This document shows positions 37,080 to 50,113 of a DNA stretch of 64,000 bases, in pieces. This DNA is from Mesotaenium endlicherianum (taxonomy: Eukaryota). The notes beneath the pieces are model-generated. The model was not told the DNA's origin and did no database searches. It saw only the letters and a list, made by a program, of their open reading frames with translations. The first letter of the stretch is position 1, and the number at the start of each line of letters is the position of its first letter. Made by a program: the position numbers and the translations under genes. Where the stretch lies: contig WELA01002258.1 in assembly GCA_009602735.1 (NCBI GenBank), forward strand, positions 574,594-638,593. The letters are read 5' to 3'.

Positions 37080-40000
37080 TGACCCACCCATATCCACAGA
37101 CCCACACAGATCCACACACAGTACTCACCCACGCGCGCTGGGTGAGAAAAAAAATTTCACTTCCAGAGGCATCCAGGAAAGAATTGATGGCAAAGCCAGC
37201 CACTGGGGCCAAGGAAAAGGGGGATCTGTGGGGGGTGCTGAGAGGGGGGNNNNNNNNNNNNNNNNNNNNNNNNNNNNNNNNNNNNNNNNNNNNNNNNNNN
37301 NNNNNNNNNNNNNNNNNNNNNNNNNNNNNNNNNNNNNNNNNNNNNNNNNNNNNNNNNNNNNNNNNNNNNNNNNNNNNNNNNNNNNNNNNNNNNNNNNNNN
37401 NNNNNNNNNNNNNNNNNNNNNNNNNNNNNNNNNNNNNNNNNNNNNNNNNNNNNNNNNNNNNNNNNNNNNNNNNNNNNNNNNNNNNNNNNNNNNNNNNNNN
37501 NNNNNNNNNNNNNNNNNNNNNNNNNNNNNNNNNNNNNNNNNNNNNNNNNNNNNNNNNNNNNNNNNNNNNNNNNNNNNNNNNNNNNNNNNNNNNNNNNNNN
37601 NNNNNNNNNNNNNNNNNNNNNNNNNNNNNNNNNNNNNNNNNNNNNNNNNNNNNNNNNNNNNNNNNNNNNNNNNNNNNNNNNNNNGGGGGGCGGGGGGGGC
37701 AGGGTGACAAAACAGGCTGCTGCGCGCATGGCAACGTTTGGAAGCACAAGCGGGTGACACGTACGGTGGCGATGTCTTGCATCAAGCTGCGGAGGGGTGC
37801 CACCTGGCTGCTCTCCCTCTCAAAGATGGGCGCCTGCAGCAACACGGCCGGCAGAGTTGCCAATCTCTGACAGTGGTCCTCCCTTGGATGAGATGCAATT
37901 GCTGCTAGCAGGACAGCGTGCGATCGCTTTCTCAATCAGGGCAGCGGGCGATTGCTTTCTTGATCAGGGCAGCGCGCGATGGCTCCCTTCCTCAAGCAGG
38001 ACAACCTGCGGTTGCTTGCTCAAGCAGGGGAGCCGTGTCCGGTTGCATTCCCAAGAGAAGCCATGGGGAAGATTGCAAAGCCGCGTACCTACCTGGTCAC
38101 GTGTTGCCTGGTGCAAGTAGAGTACGAGACACACCCGCAGAAGTGCACGGCACTGACGAAGTCCGCACCTACTACTTACGTGCGTTGAATAAATTGGAGG
38201 GGCGGAAGACTAGAAGTTCATGTCGTGTATGCCAAGCTGTCGTAGTCGTCAGCCGCGCAAGAGCAGGGGTTACCCAAGAACACGTGGGCAGAGAGACCGG
38301 CCCCTCACCTGTGCCAAGTAGAGCTGCGGGGAGGAGGAGGCAGAGCGAGGGCTCCCCCCCTCCTCTCCCTCTCCCCCATTTGCCACACGCACCTCTCCCG
38401 CCTGCTTCATTTTGCCCACAGTGACTGCCACCTGTCCTTGCTTCTCGATGCTTGCCAGCTGCCCTCGTCGTTCGGCAACTGCCACCTGTCCTCGTTGCTC
38501 AGCTTGGCCAGCAGGCCAGCTGGCATAGCCTGGTGCCATGAGGTCAGCGCTGGCTTGGGAGGTGGGGAGGGGGGCGTCGATCACCGCCTCCTCCTCCTCC
38601 TGAGGGTGACACGTGGCGCTCCGGGACGCCGTCAGGTTCTGCCGGGCAATCTCGAGAACATCCCCAAAAGTTCCTCCCATCTGCCCCCCCCCAAAGAAAA
38701 CATGGAAACAGCCGTCAATTTCACGGCCTTGCGATGTTTGAAAGAATCATGCAAAATGTTTTTTAATTTAAGAAAAGGAACGGGAAAATCGAGCAGTGAC
38801 TTGTTGTGACGAGGTTCCACTCACTACAGAACCATGTGAAAAGGTGTAAAGAAAAGAATGAACAAATGACCTGGCACGAGCACCGTTCAGTCCCAGCGGC
38901 TTCTCCCTTCCAAAAGAAGAGAGGACAGAAAGAGGAGAGAGGATCTTGACTCAAGATCTGGTCAGTCCTGACGAGCCTGCCTCTTTCAGGAGAAAGATGG
39001 AGCAATGAGAAGAAAGAAGCACCCGACGACATGTTACACCGCTTCTGCTGGGGCATCCCAAGGAGGAAAGCTTTCGCGTTTCACATACTCGTGCGCTCAT
39101 GAGAAATATGCCCTGATGACGCGTTTGCAAATTGCACTTTTGTGTAGGTATCCATCTAACAGCCAATTGAGCAACTATCAGCATGTTTGCTCAACTACAT
39201 ATCCGTACCCATGCGCATTGGGCATGTCAAGACGCACACGACCCACCCGCACACAAACCCGCGCTCATACGGACATACATACACGTATATATGCTTGTGT
39301 AAGTTTGTATGTACACACATGTGCGTGTGCTGCTGATGGAATCGAAAGGATCAAAAGCACCACAATTGGAGGGTCGCCTTTCATCACAATCACAACAGGC
39401 ACTCAATTCTGGATTCATTGAGCAAAACAACAAAAAGAGAAAGGCATGGAGAGCGTGCCAGGTGGCCCGCGTTAAGAAAAAGACAGGAGGCATGGAGAGT
39501 GTGCCATGTGACATCAGCTTCGACAGATGCCCACCCGCTCATGGCTGCCAATGGCACCATAAAAGGCACCCCCCTTGTCAGAGGCCATCACCTGCACACT
39601 TGCATGACCCGCCAGGTCCTGCATGCACCCTCCCCAGAGCGCCCTGTCCTGTTAGCACGCATTCAGGGCCATACTTACCTCTTGGATGGTTTGATGCTCA
39701 CTGTTGATTCGAAGTAATACATCTTGAAGGTAGTATGCGTTTCGGACTCTACATGCAAGAAGCTGGTTAGTTCGTAACATTAGTGAACATGTTATTATTG
39801 AATATGATAAAATTTTGTGGAATTCGGGGCCAAATGTACGATTAACGTGGGTTTGCTGGTATATATGATTTAAAATGATAATATCGGATGCATTCAAACA
39901 TTCAGGTTATGCACAACAAAGCCGGCTTCTCGTTATTGTTAATGTTATTATTGTTGTCGTTTTTGTTTTTGTTCGTGTTTCTTGGTCTACCTCGGACCTA

Positions 40001-40897
40001 TCCGGCTTCCAATACACCCTTGACCTTACACTTTCTTTTCCTTCAAACCAGTCGCCTGTGCTGTTGACGATCTCATCTCATGGGATGCATCTTACAGTGA
40101 ATCCTCAGCTGCACTCCATATGAATCAAGTAGTGATATACCATGGTTAACTGAAGAGGGAAGGGACCTGAAGGTAGTGAATGCCGGTTGACGCAGGAGTC
40201 CAAGCCTTGAGTGCAGGCCAGTCCTCCACAGCACCTCTCACCACCTGCATGCTCATAAGTCAATTGAACAGAATATTTGAATAAAATTAAATGAAAAAAG
40301 GAAGAAATTAGTGAATGTATCTAGTGAAGATAATGAAGAGTAAAATGAGAATGAAGAAAGGGAACAAGAGTAGACGCAGCAGCACGTGCACATGTGTGGT
40401 AACGTCTACTCCCTTACCAAGCGTCAACTGGCTGACTGTGAAGTGCAGATGACATGCAACTAGCAGGAGAAGCACAGTGACAAATTGCTTCACATGCGTT
40501 TCACCAGCAGCTTGCAATTCGCCCACTCTCAATGCAGCTGCTTTGTTCACGCTCAAAAATATTGTGAAAGGGCCATGCAGTGCGTAAGAACAGATTATAT
40601 GACAAGTTCAATGCCAACAGAACCAGTGTTCTCCTGTGTTCCACCTAGAAAGTAGGCTGCTTAAGGAAGTGTTTCAGAGTGCAGGCTTCTTCTTGTTGCA
40701 AAATTTGTCACTGCTAGCGATGGTACCTCTAATGGGGAAAGGAGCCAGGCATGCTCTTCAGAAGTAGCTCCAGAGAGATTTACAAGGATTGTTTGCAAAT
40801 ATGAAAAACTTACCACGGGAAGATTTGCATTCTCAAATTTTGATGCAAATTCGTGTCTTGACGGAATAGTGGACAGCTCCACTATATCCCAAGCCAT
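28017..40897 (-). CDS. JMJ31: JmjC-domain-only 2OG/Fe(II) oxygenase, JMJ31-like (13 exons inferred)
   Basis: Phase-consistent GT-AG exons: 40897-40814, 40244-40167, 39618-39535, 38680-38309, 37833-37765, 35909-35783, 35123-35051, 34538-34422, 33545-33426, 32238-32220, 31436-30084, 28937-28825, 28365-(28209 or read-through to 28017). Motifs SINLWM..SSAHYDPLHNLLCVV, GEASNHS, AGDALFLPEGWWHQVDS..AVNFWW, HMDAYY; the HxD..H triad is intact. The 3' end is uncertain. Confidence 0.88.
32081..32180. repeat. 8-bp minisatellite (TTGCAVAG)n in a JMJ31 intron
   Basis: ttgcaaag ttgcaaag ttgcaaag tcgcaaca ttgcacag ttgcagaa tcacagag ttgcacag.. Confidence 0.85.
32706..32857. repeat. (CA)n/(CG)n microsatellite
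   Basis: Long CA run with an embedded CG tract. Confidence 0.95.
33079..33400. repeat. Compound (CAG)n/(AGT)n/(AGG)n microsatellite
   Basis: Directly visible trinucleotide tracts. Confidence 0.9.
37250..37684. other. Assembly gap (N run) in a JMJ31 intron
   Basis: N run flanked by G tracts. Confidence 0.99.
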
Positions 40898-41546
40898 CTA
40901 TGGAACTCAGCGAGACGCAGAAGATCCCCAGAAGAGGGGCCAGTTGGTATTAATATGTTACATGTTATTATAATAAACGAAGTTGGTTTTTATAACAAGT
41001 GTCATCGGAGCATTAGGTAAGTCTTTGTCCGACATGAGATACACGAAGTTACGGCAAGAGAGGCAACTTATAGGCCATGCGGACGTTGAGCGCAAAGTTG
41101 CTTTTTGTGCAATTCTCACATACAACTATAACCTGCAGAAATATGATTGTAGAAGAAGGCCATCTTGCTGGAGAGGCATCCTCTTTCGCATTCATGACAC
41201 TAGACTGTGTGCCTGAAGTATCACTGACACTTTACACGTCTCATCTGCTCACGTTGACGTCGAACTATCTCGATCGAGAAACCGTACGTCACGCTGGATT
41301 TCTATATCGTGCAAAGTGCGCATGCAACATAACAAACCGACGTTACAAATTTGCATGCCTTCCATTTGGAGTGGCGTGTTAAGGCGAATAGTGGGAGAAG
41401 TTCCCCTGCTCTGGCATCTTCTGGCGTAGTGTAGTTGTACAATGAGAAACACACGGTGAATACACTCAATGGAGCAAGCCTGTGACTTCTTAGCTCCGGT
41501 TTAAGGAGCCCACAGTGAGGGTCCTCCGGTGCACTTGACCTAAGAA
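40898..41546. promoter_or_regulatory. Putative bidirectional promoter and 5' UTRs between JMJ31 and PRP38
   Basis: Divergent ATGs at 40897 (-) and 41547 (+). Positional inference only. Confidence 0.5.
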
Positions 41547-44540
41547 ATGGCCAACCGTACAGATCCAGCAGCCAGGACTGTCCATGGGACCAATCCTCAG
41601 AACTTGGTTGAGAAGATCCTGAGGTCCAAAATTTATCAGAATACCTACTGGAAGGAGCAATGTTTTGGTTTGACTGGTGAGGCAATCTTGACTGCATATA
41701 CTCTAGCCCCGAGCCATTGGGATTTCTTAGAGACTGCTACATTAACTTCAGATGATGGATTGTTTTGTGCGTGTTATGAATCTACTCACACTTGACTCTT
41801 CCTTTGCTACTTAGGTGACGAATACTTCTGTTGGCCTAATCCAGGATACTCAAAATCTCCTGTTCCATAAGCCCCTCGGTCATACCCTCTCATTATGCCG
41901 TTCCTTTGTCTCATGAAATGGTACCAAGTAGCCAAAAGACACAAAATAGGACTCAGTATTTAATGGTCAATCTGATGTACATGTGTCGGGTATGAATGAG
42001 TGTCACTACGCACAAGAGGGGTTTTCTTAGCCCCATGGTAAAGACGCAGGTTCACAAAGTATCACAAGGTTTTCCCGCGAAATGTATTTCCTGCAGATAA
42101 TTCTTCTTCTCTGCTGCAGCTTGGTGAATGATAGCTAGGTAGCAATACTAAGCAGCATCATTCTCCACCCTTCCCGTCTACCCCCTGCCCCCCTTATCAG
42201 GATTGTCACAGCTTCAGGGTTTTCTAAATTGGGACACAACCCTGACTTAGCTGCCCATCTGTCCCCCTTGTCCCCTCATCAGGCTTCTCTCGGGCCTAGA
42301 GTATCAAATACGACACAGTCCTGGCTCAGCTGGTGCTAGTGGTTTATGCTTTAGTGAGAGGTAGGGCCCAGGACTAGAAGAAGAGGCAAAGCAACGTGCT
42401 TGACGAGACATAGTGGAGCTTTCTGGCAGATTATTTCGCTCCGTGCATGTTTGGCACGTGTCTGGGCTGAACTTCCACACACCACACCCACGCACCATCG
42501 TCAAGTGGACAGCCTCTCTGCTGGCCTGCCAAAATTCAAGAGCTTATGTGGAACTCTGGACATATGTTTCAAATCTTCAGCATATTCCTATCTTGTAATC
42601 TTTGGAAAGCTGACACATGTATGACAGACGTGAGCTCAGGAGAGGGCGCCAAAACGCATCTTGCGGATGACTTTTGCAAGCTCTTACTTCTGCTACAATA
42701 CTGTGATAGTTTTTATGCCATCCCCTGAACTTTGCATGGTTCCTTCACTTCACCTTACTCTAATTCAACGCATCAGTTCATTCATCCTGTTTTATTTTTT
42801 GACTTTTCTTTCTCACTTTTCTTTCTCGCTTTTCTTTCTCGCTTTTCTTTTGACGATGGGCGTGTCTAATGCAGCGGAAACGCTGGTGGACAAGGCCATG
42901 GAGCTGGACCACTTTGGCGGCACGTTCGGCGGCAACCGCAAGGCCACGCCCTTCATGTGCCTCACGCTCAAGATGCTGCAGATCCAGCCGGAGAAGGAGA
43001 TTGTGGTGGAGTTCATCAAGAACGAGGACTACAAGTGCGTATGGCTCTATACACATTCATGTGCTGCTCAGATTAATTGCTCGTATCATAACAATCGAGG
43101 ACTATAAGTGCGTCTGGGTGTACACATATTCATATGCTGTTCAAAGTATTTGCTTGTGCTGTCAAGAGCGTGGACAACGAGTGTGTCCAGCTGCCACCTG
43201 GCATGACGATGATGCTCCCTCCCCACACACGCCTGCCTCTCCTCCTGCATGATGATCTCAGCCTGGTGCGCCAGCGTGATGCTCCCCACACACATCTGGC
43301 TCCCCACATGCATCTGTGCCTCCTCCTGCATGATGCTTCTGGCACAATGCGAGCATGATGCTCCCTACATGCACCAAGAGCGAGGACTACGCGAGTGGGT
43401 GTACGCGCCACCTGGATCATGCTCCCTATGTGCATCATGCATGTGTCTCTCCTAGTGGCTTGCCGCTCCCTTGGTGGTTGTGGTTCGGTCTTGTGAGGGG
43501 GCTCTGCATTTGAGGACTGCCAGTGCCTGTCAGCTGCCTGACGCTCCCAACGCACGTCTCTGTCTCTCTCCCCCTCTCTCCTTTCTCCTTGTCCCCCCCC
43601 CCCCTTCCTCTTGGTGGTGGTGCTCCAGTCTTGAATGGGAGATGATGTGTGAGGGGCTTCGCATCACACAGTTTGCGTGCAGCTCACTCTGCGCAGCAGT
43701 TCGTGTTTCTGATCATAGTTTTGTGTAATTTTTTTCTTGATATGTGTGCCTCACGTCTGCACATGCAGGCGGAAGCACAAGTGAGCATGCATGTGCATGT
43801 GCGTATGGACACACGCATACACTGGGGCTCTCTCACATGCACACACTGGCACAACACACACACACACACACACTCTCCACGTCCACGCCTACCCTACGCC
43901 TCCAAAGCTGTTCATAGGTCTGCGTCTCTCCTCATGCGTGCCCGTGCTTCCGCTTTGCCTCACCCCATGCACATATCTGAGCATAGGCAAGGATCAATGG
44001 GCGGCGCGTACGCCCGCCCGTCTGCCCGGCCCCTTCTGCCCGCCCGTCTGCCCGCCCGTCTGCCCGGCCCCTTCTGCCCGCCTATCTGCTTCTGTGCCAC
44101 CGCAGGCACAGAAGCACTTCACTTCAGTCATAATCTGTCCTCGCGTGCATCTGCGTTGCGTAAATCACAAGTATCTCAACCACGGTCCACTTCGTATTGG
44201 TTCTACTTGTGTCGGCTTCGTTCACATCTCACTGTGTTGATGTCGTTCGATTCCGTTCCATTGGCTTACTGATGCGTGCAGGTATGTGCGCATCCTGGGG
44301 GCCTTCTACCTGCGCCTGGTGGGCAAGCCTCTGGACGTGTACCAGTACCTCGAGCCGCTCTACAACGACTACCGGAAGCTGCGCCGCAAGACGCCAGCTG
44401 GCAGTGCGTGCCCGCGCCACTTGCCCTGCTCATCCCCGTTCCCTCTGTCCCCCAGACCACTTGCGCCTCTGCCTGTGCCCCTGCGTCCGGCCCCATGTCT
44501 GCCCCTGTGGTATATGTGCCGGCACGCGGGCGCGCGCGCG

Positions 44541-44571
<31 letters not shown>

Positions 44572-46211
44572 TTGTGTTTGTTTGTGTGCTGCAATTGGAT
44601 GTGTCTATTAATAGGGTATTCAGTGTTGAGATCGCCCAGAACATGCGTGCGCATCATCATCCAGAAACGTGAGCGGACATGCACGTGTTGGTATGGGTGT
44701 GGGTGTAAGTGTGGGTGTGGGGGTGTGGGTGTGGCCACTGTGGCGTTGTTCTTTTTGGGCCTCTCATTTCCTTCTTCCTCCCTTCCTTCTTTCTCTCTTC
44801 CTTATTTCTAAGCTCCTTACATTCCTGCCTTTGAGCAGCCTTTGTGCTGAGCCACGTGGACGAGTTCATCGACGAGATTCTGACGACTGACTACTCGTGC
44901 GACATCTCGCTGCCCCGCATCCCCCGCCGGTAACATAGATACCCCTCCCACCCCCCCCCCCCCTCACGCACACAAACGCAAGACACACGTGCACGTTTGC
45001 CCTGCGCTTGATATGGCCATGGCCGAATGAAGTTGAGCGGTCTTGCAAGATATGGGAGTTGGTTTCTTACATACGTACTGACAGGGGACTACGAGAGCTG
45101 TAGTTATATTTATGTGTTATACATATGTGCTTATCATATAATAAGATGGATTCAAAATATGGCAACAGCTGGCATCTGCGTTGGGCTGCACCAGTCAGGA
45201 GCTTTGCAGCACAGGCTCCTCGATGCTCCTGAGAACTCCTATTTTTAAATTTGTGTTGCCTGAAAGTTTTTTTATATTTTTGCGGCGGGGAGCAGGGTCA
45301 GCGTTCCCGTATCAGAAGAAGGAATGAGGGGGGCGTTTTCTGTTGACTTCTGTTGACTAGTATGTCGTCAACTTCAAAGCTTCTCCGGCGTCCAGCTCAG
45401 CGTGTCGTAACTCCGGGCCGCTCTCGTCTTGACAGGTGGACGCTGGAGGACGCGCAACAGCTGGAGCCCAGGCGCAGCGCGCTGGAGGAGGATTTTGAGG
45501 AGGAGGAGGAGAAGGAGGAGGAGGCGGAGGAGGAGGAGGACGGGAAGGGCGGCGCAGACGCCATGGATATCGACAGGGTGAGTGTGTGCTGTTGTCGCTG
45601 CCGACCCCTCCGAATACTGACGACGCTCGCGCTCAGTGCCTGGCAGTGGAAAGGTGTGCACAGAGGACTCTGCCGACCTCTCCCATTAGCGACAATATCT
45701 GGTTGATGTCCAAGGCCTGGCGCGTGAAGACGGGGATCCACAGGGAACTGCGGATAGTCAGGAAACTCATTGAACTGCGTGCGGCGGGGCGAGGATGTCT
45801 CTGCGTCGCGGTTTCCCACCCGCTCCTGCTTGCGCTCCTGCTCCTGCTCTTACTGCTCCTGCTCCTCTCGGTGAGGCCTTCGTTTGCCTTGACCCGGCAG
45901 AACGCGTGTGCCGGGGAGGGGGGGCAGCAACGTGTTTCGGAGCTTGGGGTGTCGGGCTTGCTGCTCCTTGCCTGTAGATGTGGGGGCGCTGCAAGGCGCT
46001 TCAGCTATGGACCCTGACAAATCTCCTATGCTTCCCTTTCTCTCTCTCTTGTGGGTGTTTCCTCCAACTCTGCCTCTGCCTGCCTGCCTGCCTGTGATCT
46101 GTGGTGCTGGAGTGGTGGGAGCAGGCGCGGCCCCGCAGCCCAGGTGGCAGAGACAGAGATCGCGACAAGGACAGGGACAGGGACAGGGACAGAGAGAGGG
46201 ACAGGGACAGA

Positions 46212-46246
<35 letters not shown>

Positions 46247-48700
46247 AGAGAGAGACAGGGACAGAGACAGGGACCGTCACCGCGACTACAGGTGAGTGAC
46301 TTGAACAGACAACACCTCTCCGCTATGTTCATGCTGCTGCGTTGTTAGACTGCCGCGCCTGGTTTAATTATTCCTTCCTGCTGCGTCCACCCCAGTTGCT
46401 TTCCAACAAACCCTTCTAACCTACCTCCCAGCTCCCTCCCCCAGGGAGTGCAACTCCCAGGTGCAGCAGGCAGTAGGGCGTGGGCCCCAGGGCTCTGGGT
46501 TTGGGGCCTTAGGGTCACAGAACTCAGCGTAAAGATTTTGTGTTATTGTGATACAAAGCTGGTCATTCTGGTCATTGCTCTTGCCAGCAAGGCAGGCTCC
46601 GGGCAAGTCAGAGGGGAGAGGGAAGAGCTGCAGGCACTGCGTGTGGGGTAGGTAGCGATGGGATAGGTGCGCATGAAATACGGCAGGGGAGGGGTTGAGG
46701 CTTCAGGTCTAGGGCTTATGATAGAGTGGTGGGGGGTTGATGAGTGTGTCGTGTGAGCAAGGGTGCTGTAGACTAGGGTAGTGGGGGTGAAGGGTCTCGT
46801 TGTTAGAGTTTCAGCAGTCAAGTGGACGGCATGGGTTAGGGTTTAGGGTCAGGGTGGAAGGGCTTGCTGCTCACATGAGGGGGCTGGAGCCTCACAGGGA
46901 GCCGACGGAGCCTCGTGCTCTGTGGTGCCCCCCAATGAACCTCACTGCCAGCTGTACACCCCCCTCCCCATTCCTCCCTTCTCTTGAGGCCTTTGTCCCT
47001 TACTCGTCTCTCCCCTGGGGCCCCTTGGGGGGGGAGGGGGAGAGGAGAGGCGTGGGCAGGGGGCTCAAGGGAAGGGGGGGGCGGGGGAGGGAGGGGTTGT
47101 GTCCCCACGAGCAATCTTCCTAGAGCAATGCCTCCCCCCCCCCTCTCCCTTCCTTGGGGTTTTGGGGGGGGGGGGGCAAGCAGCCCTGCCAGGTGTCTTT
47201 GCGCTGGCAGTGCGCGGCGAGAAGTATGATGGGCTGTACATCCGATATGATGTTGTTATTTATCACTCACCCCCTTCTTTGGTCAGGTAATACACAGTCT
47301 TGGAGATAAGTACACTCCTTCTCGTAAATAGCTCATGATTTCTCTAGTAGCCTAAATTTCCCTCCAGTTGGCAGTTGAAGGCTCCTTTTGGCAGAGTGCA
47401 AAGTCTCTCTGTGTTGCTGCTCCCCTTCTCTCCTTGTCTGCGCATTGGTGAAGGCCTCTCAGGCAGCCAGCAACTAGCTGTGTCGTGGCATATCAGCCAC
47501 CTGGCGGGGCATGCAATCTCACCAGTGCATGCTCCATGTGTGCGTGCATGCGTGTGTGGTTGTTCAGGCACGTGTGCATGCATGTAGTTGTGTGTGTGTG
47601 CTTATGCGTGTTTGTGTGCACATGTGCAAGTTTGTGTGCATGTGTGTGCGAGTGTGTGTGTGTGTGTGTTTGGGTGTCTGAATGCATATGTGTGTGTGTG
47701 CGTGCATGCATGCCCGTGCGTGCACTTGGGGGTGGAGTGTACAGAGACAGGGAGAAAGACTATGGGAGAGAGCGGGACAGGGACAGGGGAGAGTACGAGC
47801 GCGGCGGGCGAGACCTCGAGCACGGGCGCGAGCGCGAGCGGGAGCGTGACAGAGACAGGGGACGCGACGGTTACAGGGACAGGGACAGGGAGCGGCGGGA
47901 CAGGGACAGGGACGGCGGGCGCGGGCATACGCATGCGCGCGACCGAGACGTCTCCAGGTCGCCGTCTCCTGGCAGAAGGAAAAGGCATCGAAGCGAGAGT
48001 CCCGACGCCAGCAGAAGGTGGGGAGGGGCACTCTTCCTGCCTGAGAGGAGATTGCAAATTTGGCACGTCTGGGAGTTGGCCTGTGGGCTGCTGCACTGAT
48101 GCAGTGGTGCTGGGCCTGGTGGCTTGCTCCCCCCCCCCCCCCNNNNNNNNNNNNNCCCCCCCCCCCCTCTCTCTCTCTCTTTCTCGTTGTCCTTGCTTTC
48201 TTTCTTCTTCTTTTTTGGGGCTCTGCTTCCTGTGCCCTGCGGAGGGCAGGAGGGCTGGAGGGCAGCTTAGAGAGTGGAGTGAAGGGTGACAGCCTTGTGT
48301 GATGTGTGTGCGTGTGTGTGTGTGTGTGTGTTTATGTGTGCCCCACGCACACGCATTGGAATGCTGTGCTACTGGTTGGGGGATGGGCTCTGAATCCACG
48401 ATGCCAGTTGCATCTCATGTTTGCAAGTGCGTGTGACACACAAATGTGTGTACCAAAGTTTGTGGCCGGCTATAACGGCCGTGTGCATAATGTGCGCGAT
48501 GGGCGAAATCTTGACCTGACGGAGGGCGGGTTTCTGTGAGCAGACGTGTCGAGGATAACGCGGGTGGAAAGGTGGAGAAGAGGAAGACAACGAAGGAAAA
48601 GAAGGAGAAGAAAGTGGACGGTACAGATCATCCAGATCCCGAAATCGCCGAGGCCAACAGGCTGCGAGCGTCGCTGGGTCTCAAACCTCTACGTGCTTGA
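41547..48700 (+). CDS. PRP38: Pre-mRNA splicing factor 38A (8 exons)
   Basis: Phase-consistent exons: 41547-41676, 42875-43034, 44282-44403, 44839-44929, 45436-45577, 46125-46291, 47745-48017, 48544-48700. MANRTDP..HGTNPQNLVEKI, LTLKMLQIQPEK, YVRILGAFYLRL, RD-rich region, C-terminal EIAEANRLRASLGLKPL. Confidence 0.95.
48143..48155. other. Short assembly gap in a poly-C tract
   Basis: 13 N. Confidence 0.99.
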
Positions 48701-50113
48701 CCGTATTTAGTATCTTCTTATGTGTACGCCTTTGTCTATCTGTAGAGCATGGAACTTCCTTTAGGAGATGAGAGTCACAGAATGCCCATGCAAGGGCTGC
48801 AATATTCTCATGCGTATTGCAACGATTTCTCCCCGTTGATTGTTTTCCAGGTCCTCCATGGCCCAGTTGTATCATTTTCGATGTATGATCTGGCATGGAT
48901 GAAATTGCACAATATTTTGAAATCGCGGGATGGCCCTGATGACGTCACAGTCGTGGCCGGGCTCACTATGTGATTCAGAGGAGAGGACAATTACCATGCA
49001 TCAAGCAATACAACACCATGTAAATTCATCCTGGGATCCACAAAAAGTGGTGCTCTCTTTTTACGAGTGATGGCTTTTCAATGCAAGTATGCCTTTTCAA
49101 CCCAAGTTATGACTTCTTAGCCGCCTAGCTCTACCACGGCTTACGTCGTCATTTGTCTTTCCAGCCCACCAGACTGTATATCATGACACCCCTCACGGCT
49201 TACCTCTACCACGACAGGCCACTCATGTAACGTCTTCATCCTACTAGGTCAGTCAACCTGATGGGTTCGCCCGCGACACATGACCAGCTAGTGTAGCGTC
49301 AACCCACTGGCGGACCTCGCCCCGGCCCCCTGGTTGGTTAGCCTTACCGCGCTATCAGCTCAGCGTCATTGGCACAATATTTGAGCAACATATTAGTGGT
49401 CAAGCATGCCAAGCATGCTAATTGCTTTGCGAAATGAAGTTAGTAGGCCTCGATGAGCCCATCCCATGACATATCAGAGTGAGCTAGTATTGACTCAAAA
49501 AAAAGAGCAATCACAGGGTGAAATCAGCATGCTGTTCATACAATTGATGCCTCACAAAAACTGTTAGCGTGACGATTGCGAAGACCTTGAGAAACTTGTC
49601 ATGGAGTGGGCAGTATATAGGGCATTTCCATCCATCTATTGGTCAATCACACTTGTAGCTTGCCAGTCATCCTTGCATGCCAGTTGTCTTACTCCAGCTC
49701 GCTCGTGAAGAAAACATAAGTTGGCATGAAGGCCCAAACGTGCCGGCCCATTGGTCAGAGAATCTTGTGAGTTATCTTAAAAGCACAACAATTACAGGAC
49801 ATTTTTTTCTTAGTACACAATTTCCCTGAAGTAGGCCTTTTTTGCACATGCCGGGCATGGAATGTACTTAACTAGCGTCCATGCATGTTTCGTACCCCCG
49901 CCATACAAGATATAGCAGCAGAGCTCTAGTACTAGTAGAGCACTGTCCTGGACCCTCTCCGCCTTTCAACATTTAAAAGGGTCATAGGGGTATACGCTGA
50001 ACTGTTGTAATGAATATCGAGAGTAGGGTGAATATGACGCTGGCACATGTGCATGCCTGGTGCGTTGTAGGGGAGGGAGGAGACTGGAAGGGGCGGGGGA
50101 GTTTGAAAGGGCG

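Noticed and set aside
46140..46275. (GACAGG)n hexamer repeat as an independent element
   Set aside because: It encodes the RD dipeptide tract within PRP38 exon 6, which is expected for this family.
46830..46865. Interstitial telomeric repeats (also about 31755-31790, 36400-36450, 63230-63256)
   Set aside because: At most one or two perfect TTTAGGG/TTAGGG units in degenerate G-rich tracts; too weak to call.
49100..49375. tRNA-derived SINE or ncRNA between the convergent PRP38 and LPAT genes
   Set aside because: No convincing A/B boxes, cloverleaf, tail or TSD.
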